The position numbers and the translations under genes were made by a program. A stretch of 64,000 bases of DNA, taken from contig OZ316891.1 of NCBI GenBank assembly GCA_973895155.1, forward strand, positions 19,741,048 to 19,805,047. Reading direction: 5' to 3'. Below are positions 1 through 13,543 of this stretch, in pieces (within the stretch, counting starts at the first letter, position 1; every line of letters starts with the position of its first letter). Below the pieces are notes generated by a model that saw nothing but the letters and a program-made list of their open reading frames with translations, made no database searches and was not told the DNA's origin. The stretch is from Marsupella aquatica (taxonomy: Eukaryota; Plantae; Marchantiophyta).

Positions 1-3000
1 TTTGAGCTTGAGGTACTCAACGATAATAATTGCTGGGATTTCCCAAGAGATTTCACTTTGGTTTCAGTTGGATTGCTGTGATATATTTGCATTGGATAAA
101 ATGGCTGCATGATTACACTTGGCATCTATCGGTGTCTCCCACGCTTGGTCATGTGCACTTGATTGTTGTCCCTTCGTTAGGTACGTTAGTTTTAAAGTAT
201 ATTACTTGATAGTTAAGTCGTACCACTATTGTTAGGGTAAAGGTCCTTAGGGTTTAGGGTCGAGACGTGTCTGAGAACTTTTACCAACGAGGAGTACTTG
301 TGGGTTGTGTAAAAGGTGATTGAATCAGCGCTGATTTCCAGGACTCAACGATTGGAGAAAGCACTGATGGATGTTGAACCTCGTGTAAGTCTTAAACCTA
401 GTTATGACCATAAAATGACCTAAGTTTTAGGTAGTCGGGTATGACTACTTCTGCCCCTTTTCTGATGGTTAGATTGCTCTCCTTGTCGATTTTGTTCACC
501 AGTGCGGACGCTAAAATCCCAATGGGCAGCCATTGTGGTCATTGAATAATTTGACATTATCAAGGGAATTTCAGCTTGCATTTATTTGAGACTAAAAGCT
601 GAACCGAAGTGCATCTTTGTCCCAGGTATTAAGACTATTGGAAGTACTTCCAACGTGTATGACCGCTGATGTGTTGGAAGATCTTCGTGTAAGCAAGCAA
701 GCACTGGTATGTCTTCTCAGCAATCTCGGGCATTCTTGCTCATTTACTGTAGAGGTTGCCCACGTAGACGGTCACATCCATTTTTGGTACCCCTTAATTT
801 AAAATATCACGGTCATGGAAATTGTTATTGGGGATATCTGTGTAAAGTAAGGCGTCTCTTGCAATAATTGGGCAGGTGGAAGTTGGTTCAAAGGCTGGTG
901 CATTGAGGCAGATGTTGTTGGAACTTCTGGAGCATCCACATGATATCAGGCGTATGGTCATTATGGGCCGCGGATGCAATCTCGGGAAAGATGGGACTAG
1001 TGTTGACTGTGTTGCTCCTGAAGATAAGCAGGTTGCTGAAGGTAGATGAACAGGAATTATGATTGAAAGTACCAGCTCCGAACAGAATTCTCCTTCCTGA
1101 TGTTTTAGCCAGCAGGGATATCCTTCCCTTCTGCAGAACATTGGTACAACGGCTTTTGACTGGCTTTGATCTGTTCATTTGCAGATGAGGAGGAAGAAAT
1201 GGAAATGCTTCTAGAGTACTATTTGCAGAGGTCCCTTCTCCCATACCAATACTTCAATTTCCACTGAATGGCCTATGAATAGTAACCCGATGATGGACTG
1301 CTTGCCGAAGTTTTGTTCTCTTTCTTCAGTCCGGCAGTCAGTCTTGCAAACATCTGTCATGACTGGATTTAGAAGTCGTCTTAATTGTTAGTGGGACGCA
1401 GATGTGAATCCACTCACGGACAAGCTATGAAACTGCTTTCATCCGCAAAAGAAATGGAGGATTCAATTGCAGTCAACTTAAGGTGAATTGGAAGTTCTGA
1501 GAAACAGTTTTCTTTGCCATTTTCTTGCAAAGGCCTCAGGCAATTTTTCAAGACATTTGCATCTTGAATGATTCAAGTATGCCGTTGAACGGTGGGAAAA
1601 TATGCTTTATCTTCGACAAAATATATGCGAACCTTTTCATGGCACTGAGAATGCAATGGTTGACATCAACAGTTCAAGGAGACTAGAAGTAAGTCGGCTG
1701 GAGTTACTCCTACAAGTTGGGACTTTCTGTGCAGCCTTGGGAGCTCTAGTTGCCGGTAAAGAGTTTCTCTGCATGGCCTTTGGTTGTTGGTCATTTGTTG
1801 GAATCTCCTAAAATCCTTTTGAAAGCTCATTTTGCATCCCTTCATATTCTTTGAAAGAACGCTTTGTGTAAGTGCCACTCGGGGAGTGGAATCTCTCCGG
1901 GGATGTAAGGCGAGCGTATGTCAAGTATGTAAAACTTAATAACTGAAGATGAGACATATTCAGACTCATAAATGTCACTTGCCAACTTTTGTAACGGCAA
2001 CCTTTGTTTCTTCTAGCTAATGAAAGTTTGTAGTAATGAGAACAAGCTTTTACTTATGTACGTTGTATACCTCGCGCAGCCAAAATTCTACAATTCAAAA
2101 CATAACTACGGCATGAAATAGCCTCTACCAATGGATCTTGTGACGCGCATAAATGAAATGCAAAAGTATTGAGTGCTTTTCTCGTGAAACTTCTGAAAGA
2201 ATTTCAATCTCTAGTGAGTTACAACCTAGGTATTACACGGCACTCTTGCAGGGCCCATGTGATGATTATGAACGAGTTGCTGTTAGCTGTCTAGTTACCA
2301 TGAGTAATATTTAGAGTTTGATATCAATCGTGAAGACGAAGTATTGTGAAGGATTGTTTGGGGCTAGTCTACAGTACCTATTTGTTAACCAGGCTAATCC
2401 ATAAATATATCTATGAGAAAATTTGACGAAATTATGAATGGGCTGATTTATTGCTGCAAATCATAGCAACGATTGCTTTAACGTCATCAGGAATGTGTAT
2501 CCTGCTGCTTTGCATAGGATTTTCCTAGAACCCTCGTGAACTATGGAGATGGAAGTTCTTTGTGGAAATAATTGTATTATTGTTGCTTTCTGATTACAAC
2601 CCTATTTGATGTTACCACACAAATATATCTGCGGTAATCACTAACCCAATTTTAACCCGTGATGTCTGACAGGCATATTTGGGATGAATTTGAAGTCCTA
2701 TCTTGAAGAGCGCGTGGTATGCCCTCTCCCTTAATACTTCCTTGGTTGTCTTGAACCTAGCGCTCAACTCTGTCACGGGTCTTTCTTTGAAGTAAACCTC
2801 TCGCTGGAAACTGCTGCCGGGCCTAATGGGGCTGAATGTTTAGCTGTTTGCATCTTTGAGTGTAAGATGCAAGTCCTCTTAATCTCATGAAAGTCTTTAT
2901 GCATTAATTCAGGACCGTATTTGTAAGATCGTTCCGTGGAATCACTTGTAGCCAGTTCTTGAAAGTTTGGTGGTCCTCTAACACTTTTGATGTTACTTTG

Positions 3001-4744
3001 CAGCTTGCGTTCTGGTTGACAACAGGTGGCATCATATTTGGGGGAATCGCTTTATTTATGTACATGTTCACTTACCTCAGTAGCCGCAAAATTGTGTGAT
3101 TCTCAATCACGATGTTAGAGCACAGGGTTCTGTCTGCTCTCTTTGAAATATTATTTTATCCTAAATTGAGCCCTTGTTTAGAGGGTATCGCAACAGTGTA
3201 ACTAAAGTCCATAATGTTGATTGATTTTTACTCATCTTACAGCCTTTCAGGGTTTGGTGCCTCTGTAAGATATTCGTGGGCAAGATCTGAGGAAGGAAGA
3301 ATAGCTGCTCTCTCCGTGACTGCTGGAGTGTGAGGTCTATAGTTTAGTTGATACCAGCTGCCATTGTTTGTCCCTTTTAAGGGTCCAGTAAACAGGTCTC
3401 TCCGTGATTTAATGTGACCTAACACAAGTCAGTGCAACCTGCCTAATCTAAATATTTAGAAATGTTCCTCAGTGGTCATGGTGAGAGGTAATTGCTACAT
3501 GTCAAATGCGAGAACAATTCAATTTGACAAATATTCAATATCAATAGAGTCGTCTACTTTAACAAAATAGTTGTATTTTGATCTGGCATATGAAACGAAG
3601 ATTTTACAAGAATGAACTCGAACTGAAATCGCTGATTCCCAACCAACATCACGGGGCATTTTTTATTTCAACGCTCTCTGATGCCCCGTTTGTTCGTTCC
3701 TCGAAATCTAATTCCGTTTCGTTGCTTGGTAGCTTCTTTTAAACTTGAGGAGGGTTCCTCGAAGCTCATGAGCAATGAGAATTCTTGACTAAATTGGACA
3801 ATCATCGTACATTAATAGCTCCTGGCAGCAATTTATACCTCTTCGTTCTCTACATAACATGATTGGTGCGCATTGCGCGAGGCTTTAATATCCGTCACAA
3901 CTTTCAGTGGGAGGGTCGACCTTCTAAAATCCGTGGCAAGCTCTATTCCTCATACACTTTCTTCATTACTTTAGCTGAAGGCTGCTATGATTGCAACCGA
4001 GAGAGACTAAATTGAGTAAACTCACCCATGTAAATTGAGTAAACTCACCCATGAAATTTGAGGCCAGTGTCTTAAATATTGCGGAGTAGATGCCCATCAC
4101 GTCAACGTTATGGCTTGGAATATTTGTTATGCGTTTGCTAGTACTGAAGAAGCTCGAAGTCGTTTTGAGGCACTAGGAGTTTGGATTTAGGTTTTCCCTT
4201 TTCGAAAAAAAAGGGGCATGCAAAATATGGAGCTCCAACTAATGTACACGACAAAGATTGAGTGAGTGTCAATGGACTGTAAGCGGACGGAAGCCCTTTG
4301 CATGTTCCCCAGCTTTTCAAAATTACTCTGCTACTGTAGTTTATTTTAGGGGCTTAATTCAGAGAGTAATCCAAATGATCTAAGCTGGATGACCTACAAG
4401 TCTGCGGAGGAGACTCTTTCTTAGTGAAAAGAGGAGAAAAAATCAAGCAATTTTAAATCTGTTCACTTACCACGTAGGCCGAACATTCATGTGGCTCAGG
4501 CCACATACCCCAGTGGAACCTTCTCAAAATCTGTGACCTGTCCTTGCCTCACGTTTTTAATTAATTGAAGGACGAATGCTGTTAGCGAGACTAAGTCAAA
4601 TTTGGGTGCTAGAAACTTCCAAGATGGGGTGGACCTGGATGTTTAGTCGAATCCAGCACAACGAGCTTGGTGATGCAGTCGAAGCTTACCAGTGTGCTGG
4701 ACGAGGTTTGTAAACATGCAGTGGGCCAGGTAAGTAGTCATAAC

Positions 4745-5246
4745 AAAATAGTCGCCTGAGCAGCTGTAGAACTGAGTGACAACAACTGTAAACATGTAAA
4801 GATTCCTCTAATCTGGACACTCTCAAATTGATAAGATCTATTTAAACTTCGAACTTGTTTTGAAGCCACGAGAATAGTTGTCTTTAGCAGCTGTAGAACT
4901 GAGTGACAACAACTGTAAACGTGTTAAGATTCCTCTAATCTGGACATTCTTAAATCTGATAAAGATCTGTTTAAACTTCAAACACGTTTTGAGGTCCCGA
5001 GAATAAATAACTTTGGCAGCTGTAGAAATGAGTGACAACACCTGTAAAAGTTGGAAAGATTCCTCTAATCTGGTCACTCTAGAACCGGATGAAGATCTGT
5101 TTAAACTTCAAACAGGTTTTAAGCCAAGAGAACTCTTGTCTTAGGCAGACGTAGAAATGACGGACAACATCTGTAAACTTTGTAGAGATTACTCTAATTG
5201 GCAACTCTTGAATCTGACAAAGATCTGTTTAAACTTGAAACAAGTG
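4745..5246. repeat. Tandem repeat, about 4 x 127-129 bp
   Basis: Units start at 4759, 4886, 5015 and 5144 (gcagctgtagaa..agtgacaac..gattcctctaatctgg..aagatctgtttaaacttc). Confidence 0.9.
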
Positions 5247-5249
5247 TTG

Positions 5250-7900
5250 GTCGCATCTTTTATTACGCAAGGGTGAAAAGGACCAATTTATTGAAAAGGG
5301 CCAAACAAAGTACAACCGAGTAGGGAAAATGCAAACTTCAAAAACCTAGAAAGAGGAAAACAGAAGGCCACTCAAACACAACAAGAAGTCATCTATACAA
5401 GTTTTCACTCTCATATCAACATAACATGAGTTCCTAATATGAGTGTTTAACCTGAGCAACTTAGCCCCTCCAAAACAACTGTAGTCCTCAAACAGGTGGA
5501 CTGACATGGGTCATCCAAGTTCCACCCAGTCTCAGAAAAGTTAGATCCGAGAAGCCCTAGAAAATCTCAGAGCATGGATTGCCATGCAACAAAGAAACTA
5601 GCAGAAGGTACTCACAGCAGAGCAAGTAGCAGAATGCACAAGCAGGGACTACTGGTTTGGGTAAGACTCTGTTCTGGCCTCTCTGCCAAAGATGAGTGGA
5701 GACTCCACAGGACTTGTTGCTTAGGCCAATACCAAGTTGCAAATAGCTCCCTTGGGGTTGCTCTTGAGTGAGCAAAGGATAAGTGAGTGCATCCCATTGC
5801 AAGAGAGCCTCCACAAAAAAATTTAGTAGAGGGAAGTACAGCAACAAACGCTGAAAAAATTGGCCTCTTAGTATTTGTGGTCTGGCATTACAAATCCTTC
5901 ATCCATGGCACCAATGCATGGTATATGAGAAATGGATCCATGAGCCTGTTTTTCAGGAATGACTTTATCACTGAAAGTGGTGATTGACAATTTGAATACA
6001 AATTTTGGAGGGAGGGTTATCTTTCCAATAGTCTTAATGGTGTTGAGCTCTCGCTCTCTCTCCAGTCTCCAGGGTCCCCCATCCCCAACCAGGATAGGGC
6101 ACTTTCTGATGTAGGTATTGGCGATGACTGATCTCTTTATGTTCAAAGCTACATTATATCCTTTTAAGTTTAAATCCTTTAATAATTCACCCAAGAGGCA
6201 ACTGATTGTTTGTCTTGGTGGTTCATGACCTATGCATACAGAAACACTATCACACACACACTCAATGAGAAGCTTCAAAACTAGCAATTTCATTTGCAGG
6301 CCCTTGCACCTCTTCCACTGGTTAATGTAGTTCTGTTCTAGGCTGTCTACCCTTTATATGCAGGCCCACAATCACAAATGATGGGTTTTCCCAGTGCGCC
6401 TTCCTGCGCCTGAACAGACGAGACTCAAAGTCACTTTTGAAAGAAGGGGAATAGTAGGGTACCTTCCCTGGTGCCTTCTTCCTGATGGGGGGCCCATCGA
6501 GTCATTTGTTGTTTATAGGGACTCGAGTGGACAGAAATCAAAATTTTAAGAGATACAGAAACCAAGGATTTTTCCATCAAGTCAATTCTAAAGGGATGCT
6601 CGTCCAGAACATATTTCATTTTTGTCTTTTACTGATAAACTAATCAGTCCTACAAAGTTAAATTTTGATTTTAATTCTTAAATAATCATCTTATCGTTAC
6701 TTGAGAAAGGTACGGAGATTGTGTGGCTCGAGGTGTTCCATTAAAACTAACCAGCCACTTCCATGCAAAGACCCAGAAGCTGTTCATGAAAGTATCCCCC
6801 CTCCCCACAACATATGCCTGGGCCATCATTCCGTTTGGCTAGACCTTCCTGTAGAAGTCAAGAACCTTCCAGAGTCTCTCTTTATCAAATGTGATGTCTC
6901 ACCTTGGGGCTGAAGATATCTTTTGCATTGGAGTTTGAGCTGGAGTATTATTATACTTATTAGTATGGCGCTAGTCAAGCTTTTGGTCCACTTCGATGAC
7001 TGAGTGGGCACATTCTCGTGGGTCTTTGGATGTCTATGAGGACTTCTGTTTGTCCCGCTGTAGCTGATACTAACTGCCAATATGACTAAACAAATCTATG
7101 TTAAAACCTCATCCGAGTCTATTGCTCATGACATACTCCACAGAATGACATCATAGGTCTGGTAAGAGACAAATTTTGATATTTAGACTTCACTTTTGAC
7201 TAGCTACGTGCATAGGGAGTCTAGATATGGATGTGGGTGTGAAGAGACATTTTGATAGTTAGACTCTCCTTGTGCTTAGCTACAGGCATAGGGAGTCTGG
7301 GTATGGGCGAGGGTAAGGGACGCCTTTCCTGTGCATACGAAGTATTCAGTTCTGTAGACTCTAACATTGAAAAATATTATACATGGCATGGGACTCTTCT
7401 GCATGCTACTTGCATGCATCCATGCATGCATGGGGAAACATATCTAGTCCCTGTTCTACACATCCCCCATGATTGCAATAGAGAATTTTTTTTCTTGCCT
7501 CCACAGTCCAAATTGATGTCTATGAAGTTGGTCTTGGGAGGGACCACAATGTTGACACCTCAAACCGTGAGCATCCCTATAATGAAAAGATGTAGTAAAC
7601 AAATTTTGTTGCAAGGTAATCCATGCAGGTTTTTGGGATCCATCCGAGCAGGTTGTCCAACATTGTGGTCTATGAGAACTTGAAAATAATGCTTCAGTAA
7701 TATCTATGGTTACCCAGCATAACCCAGCTGGAATGCACACTAATGCAAAGTGTTCCAGGCGACTGCTTGGTGAAATATGCTCTCCATGTTTGCTCAAAAA
7801 TATCAGATTGAACATGGACAGGCTAAAACAAAGGGGATCCCTAGATAAAATGGATGAGAACGCATGCTCACATTATGCAGTCAAGTCTTGGATCAACTCA
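5250..7900 (-). mobile_element. Decayed L1-like LINE 3' portion (interrupted)
   Basis: YLGIPF at about 7828-7845, a KWTKSL-like segment at about 6980, a zf-RVT-like remnant at about 5900, and a purine-rich (+) 3'-UTR-like tract at about 5270-5380. Confidence 0.45.
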
Positions 7901-10548
7901 TATTGTAGGGATGATCAGGTCTGCAGGAGCCCTCCCAGAAAACATAGTATTTTACTTTCAAATTATACCGCAGTTCTTTGCAAGATTCCTGGGGTGACGC
8001 GTCACCACACCAGCGGTAAACACAAACATTTAAATGTTCACTTTTATTTTCAAATCACAGTGCAATGCCATCAATAATTTATTTAGATTTCAGTGTCTCT
8101 TAACTCTAGATACAACTTAAGAAACACTGTATACATTGATACATCAGTGTTTTACATAGAAATGCTTAGAATATTACTGAGATAAATTAGAAACAAATTC
8201 CAAGTTTCAAAAAGCATTACCTAAATTTTTGTTAGGGACTGAGATTTTCAAGAATTGTTTATAAACTGCGCCAAACTGATCGTCCCTCACAGTACTCAAG
8301 AAGTGGAGTTGAACCTTCAACCACAGAATAGTTTATTAGATATGCATTATTCTAGTACTGGCTATGAGTTTGTGGATTTTTTTTATGACAAAGGATTTCC
8401 AGGGGCCTATTCAGCATGTGAGCTGGCTCATATGTTGTTAAGCTCTGCCACGATGACAAGAGTCCAAACCACAGCGCATACGAGTGATGATAGAGTTAAT
8501 TGTGTTCATATTTCAGTGGTTTATTTTCAATGTGGGGCACGACCTTAGTTTTTAAATTTTCTTCAGGGTTGTAGTTTTGTTGAATTCGAATCTCAAGTTG
8601 ACTCATGTCAGCATATGATAAAGCAAGAGTTGAATGCATGAACATCCTACTGAGGCACGCGTGACAACATGATTGTGGGTTTCCAAGGGCAAGGGCCAAA
8701 AACTTTCCTGCCCTTAAGGTTCCGATTTATATCGAAAACAAGAAAAGGCATGTGACATGTGTAGGGGACCTGCAAAATGTTTACTTGCAGCTCCAATCAA
8801 TATCCCCTGCATAGTGCTCCTAGAGTATATACTTACTGAACTGAACTGAACTGAACTTGCAAACCTCATACAGTGGGAAGCAGATTTCCAAATCTGCTAA
8901 GATCTACTTTTTCTCCAAATGCTTACAAGTGCTGATGGCTGTCTTGCATGTAGTAGGTCCTGGAATTTTTGGCACTTTCCACTCCTACATTGTAGGTAAA
9001 TAGTGCACCACAAATCTACACAGAATCAGCTAAGGAAATCTGTGTTTGTTTTATTAGAAATTTAAAGGTTGGGACAAGAAGTACCGGAGATTTCCGGCCC
9101 TTGCCCTTGAATATGCTAAGTACTGTCTTCAGGCCTGCCTTGGAAGGGGGTTCGGCATTAATGTCTCTTCATTACTTTATAGAGTGTCATCAGTTAAATT
9201 AACGGCCTATTTTTTTTTTGTACCTTCTACATGCAAGAAGACCCTAAGAGCCAAATTCTTCAGGGCTGCATACATGCCATTTGGCCCTTAGAGCTCTTTG
9301 TGCAAAAGGACACTATAAAAATAGCCTTGAAAATTAGGAGAAGGGCCCACATTTGGGGGCGCCATATGAAAGAGAAACTCTCATTTGCAGACACCATTAA
9401 CCCTCAGAGACCCTCGCGCACGAGGACACCATTATTAGTCAAAACTATATACTCGGAGATTACATCGAATGGGCAAATGCCCCTAAATTTGACACCCCCA
9501 TTCTGCCCCATACAAACGGGTCTCTGATTCTCTCTCCTTTTTGAGGAACAGATTCTCAGGGCAAAAAATAGGAAAAAGAGGATGTTCTTTCGAATAAAGG
9601 TGTCGCACAATTTACACTCTAACTAGCGGCGCGGGCAGCCCCTGTGCCGTTCTCGGTCGAGTGCGTGCGAACCCGCGTCCCCTCCTGTTCACCGCACCTA
9701 GTCACCGACCGACACAGCGACGGTGCAGTACGGCACTCGGAGCTTGGCTGGGGGGCAGCCCGGTCCCTCTCGCCCAATCAGGACGGCTCGCGCTGCGCTA
9801 AATTTCCGGGTCGCCCGCCCGCAATGCCCATTTGCCCCCTCATCATCATCCCCATCTCCATCATCACATTATTATACCGTGTACAGGTGTAATAATAATA
9901 ACTATTAATTGTTATAAAAGGGCTCACCGGGAAAAAGGTGCGGGGAAAAATTCCGTCGCTCTCCCAGCCTGACATTCAGCGCATGGCGTCATCTCGCCAG
10001 TCAAAGCGGGCACCGAGAAAAAGGGGACCGGGATCAGCATCCCCGCCATCCCGTGACTCACCCGCCGTCCCGGCGCCACATCGCATGCCCCCATACGGCA
10101 TCTGACGGCAATCACAAAGCGTGTGAGAGACTGTGAGCTTTTCTCTCGTCCAGGCTACGTAACTTCGTTTTACGATAAAATTCACTTTTCACCAGGGGTA
10201 ATTCGGAGCCGGACATCGAAAGCTCGTGAACTAACGATCATATATAATCAATCATATAGGTTTCGCGCTAATAATCGAGATCTCGAAAACCATGGAAAGA
10301 TAGTGATATTGCTTTCGCGCTAATAATCGAGATCTCGACGACAAGGAAAGATTGAGATATAGGTTTTTGCCCTAATAATCAAGAACTTCACTACATGGAA
10401 AGATGTGATAGGGAGTCTCAAAGCTTCAAACCTATGGTCTAATAATCTAGATTTCCACGACATGGAAAGATTGCAATGTAGCTTTTGCACTGATAATTGA
10501 GATCTTGACGACATGGAAAGATTGACATATAGCTTCTGGGCTAATAAT

Positions 10549-12322
10549 AGTCGCATAACTCGACTACCCTAACACTTAGATCCGGCATCGCTGACTCCGA
10601 GGCCTAGCTCCTCTATGGTCCAAGCCTCCAAAATGACTATCCGGTGGGGACTAAGTATGGGGACACTAGTGGGCAACAAGGCATTGCACTAGCATGACCA
10701 AGATGCTAACCTCATCACGCACACTAAGGACTTAGACTAGCATGGAGTTGGTCAGGTCATGGGAAGGGTTGGGCTCTGGGTGGACTGTCCGGACCCCCGG
10801 ATGGACTTTGAGTGCTTGAGTGGGAACTCCTCTTGGGCCCAAGGTTAACGAAGTTTACTTCATGTGCAACGGACATTTGGCGCATGAAATACGGCGCGGC
10901 CCCAACCGATGATGAGTTCTGGGGGCCTAGGCATGAGCATTGGGTCGGCCCGTCACAACAGGCTAAGGCACTCCACTTACGGACGTCTAGCTAAAAAGTT
11001 ATGGACACAGCAAGTTAGTGGCGTGCCAAGGCATGCGGGCTCGGGGGGTTAACTTAGTGTATATTTTGGGGTACCACGTGCGATCCTAGCCTAATATAAA
11101 CACACCTATTTTATAATGGGAATATTCCAAAAACATTCTCTATTTTCAATATTAATGATCTATTTTACTTTATAAAAGGTATATATTAGAGAATATTTTA
11201 TAAATATTGGTCTATAATACTTCTTTTGCTTCCTACACTTCAAGGAAAATTTTAGCTAATTCCTATGAAAAATACCTATTTTGGATCGCATGTGGTTCCT
11301 AAGATTTTTGATAGTCAACCCCCCGGGCATGCGGGTTGGAGTCCAGGTTGAGGGCCAAACATAGGGGACCAAAGCCAGTCTGGGGATGGCATGTCTCCAC
11401 AAGCATATATGAGGGGAGTGGTCTCCCTGGGGGCCAAGGCCGAGCCCAAGTCATGAGCCGCGGCAGTCGCGACACTAAGGAGAAGCGTTAAACGGATGGC
11501 GATAATTTCTCAACCGGAAGTTCGTTGGAGGACTTGTTGGATACATTGCAATCTCTTGAGTAGGACCACATCCTTCTAAGCTCAACTGGGTCTGGGGTGT
11601 CAGGTTCTAGTGGTGTGCGGGGGCTATCTTGTTTTCTTTTTGAATCCAACCAAAACAACAGCCAGCCGCGTTCAACTTTCCATGGGAGCTTGCTTTGGGG
11701 AGGCAAAGCAGAGTAGGTATGGAGGTTGTCTGAGTTCCAAGTGCACTTGGCCCCTAGGCTCCTGGCTAAGTGGGAACCTCAGAGTTGGTTGCTAGAGTCG
11801 AGGCCAGTCTGGTCTTAGCATTTTAGGATAAGTTTTGGGACAAGCTAGCTATTTGGGCCATGAGCATGTCTTGGGAGCAGGGTGCGCAGTCAGCCAGTGA
11901 CAAATAGGAAGTGGGGAAGCACGGGCAACACCCAAAGAAGGGTTGTTCACAACAAACAGTGGGTGTTGGCTCTGGCTTTCACTTATGGCAAGGCCATGCG
12001 GGCCTGAGAGGTCCTATTTGCTGACCTATTTACCAATGTTTGTTGAGCTTGAGATGAGACACTAGTCTTGGAGTTCCAAGATCCTGTGGGTTGCTTACCT
12101 AGATGTTTGGTTGCTTGTGCAGACTGTGAGGACCTTTGAGCAATGGTCGAGTTAGGGAGCAAATGCGGCTTTGTATGGGAGTTGCCGCCGCAGGTGCTAG
12201 AGATACCAAGTTTCTTGCTCAAGGAGTTCCGTGCAGGCATTTGAGCATCAAGGGCACTTGGGTGAGATTCTCGGCAAGAGTGTTGGGATTGGTGAGGGTG
12301 CTGGGTGGCGAGGTCCACCACT
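10549..12322. mobile_element. 1774-bp non-coding insertion, solo-LTR-like, AGT...ACT termini
   Basis: Splits one unit of the 52-bp array. 5-bp TSD ATAAT (10544-10548 / 12323-12327). Internal TATA-like gcatatatga at about 11403. Confidence 0.7.
11040..11327. mobile_element. hAT-type MITE nested in the solo-LTR-like insert
   Basis: Imperfect ~45-bp TIRs starting CTCGGGGGGTT, an AT-rich interior, and an 8-bp TSD CATGCGGG (11032-11039 / 11328-11335). Confidence 0.7.
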
Positions 12323-13323
12323 ATAATCAAGATCTTGACTACATGGAAAGATATAATAGGGAGTCTCAAACATTCACAACTATGCTCGAATAATTTAGAT
12401 TTCCATGACATGGAAAGATTGAAAATTAGCTTTTAGGTAACAATATATTGAAATCTTGACTACATGCATGGAACTATTTAATTGGGCATCTCAAAGCTTC
12501 ATCGTTTGAATGATGACTTTTGGCCATATATAAACGACCATAAGTTTTTCATAGGGTTTTCCATTTTTTCAGTAGCCACTAGAGTGACTGATGGTCATGG
12601 CATACAACCCGTTTCTATGGAAAAGAGTTTATCGGATATTTTATGTCGGCCGTTTATCTCTACAATGTCGGCCATTTATTTCCTTTCTTCGATATTGTCT
12701 TCAAAAAAATTGAATTTGTCTTCACGTCATACTTAATACTTTTCTTCAATGAGAGTTCTTGTTGCTCACCCATGCCGTTTAGGCAGTGGTAAATGGCACA
12801 TTGGACACGAGAATTGCACACTGGCTTTCAAAATTTAGCAGTTCATAAATTTTGGAGTACTATGCCATTGCATACTTCAATGTCTGCCATTCAGGTAAAT
12901 TTCCAATTGCTGCTTGCTATGCTGCTATACTAACTTGCGTCACTTTGGTCTAAACTAATTTGGGCGGTTATTACTCTAGAAAACTTCATCTGTTTGGTGG
13001 CTGTCTATCATGAACAAGGATCATAGACATCCCCTCAATGCCAAAGATGGACTGGTCTAGCAGATCCCATAATCTCACTTTAGAAGAGCCCCCACAAGAA
13101 CATCTTGTGCGGCTCATTAAGAGGGGGTCAACTGGGTAAAAGAGAGTCATGGGGAGAAATCAAGGAATTTTTTTGTGGCAGGGGTCCATCAAGAATATCC
13201 CTCCACTGTTTTCATGTATGAGTACAACTTTTTCATATATATGATAACAAGTTTTATCCATATATGTATGGATAAAGAAATTTTAGCAATTGGCTTTGCA
13301 AGTTACATTCTGATTCAAACTAA

Positions 13324-13543
13324 CAGCTTTTGATTACTGTGACACTAAAGATGTTCTAATTCATAATAGTGCCACTGTTTTTTTTGTATTTATAAAATGC
13401 CACTGTTTTGTATACGGATAACAATTTTACCAAGGTACCTAGGGGAACTATATACGGAAACTGTGGCAATTTTGTAAATATGAAAAAAGCAGTGGCAATA
13501 TTGTAAATTCAAACATCTTTAGTGGCAATGTAGTTAAAAGCTT
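13324..13543. mobile_element. Mutator-like foldback MITE
   Basis: ~90-bp imperfect TIRs and a 10-bp TSD TTCAAACTAA (13314-13323 / 13544-13553). Confidence 0.8.

Larger units (their letters stand above)
560..8770 (-). pseudogene. Possible decayed gene, product unknown
   Basis: AG/GT-bounded block at 8221-8770 and coding-like S/K/N-rich frames with scattered stops at about 2650-3070 and 600-1900. Confidence 0.25.
10250..12500. repeat. 52/67-bp minisatellite array interrupted by the 1774-bp insertion
   Basis: ctaataatcgagatctcgacgacatggaaagat units at 10268, 10320, 10372, 10439, 10490 and 10541; the array resumes at 12323-12500. Confidence 0.88.

Noticed and set aside
10250-10548. CRISPR-like array
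   Set aside because: The inter-repeat sequences are homologous to each other, there are no cas genes, and the context is eukaryotic.
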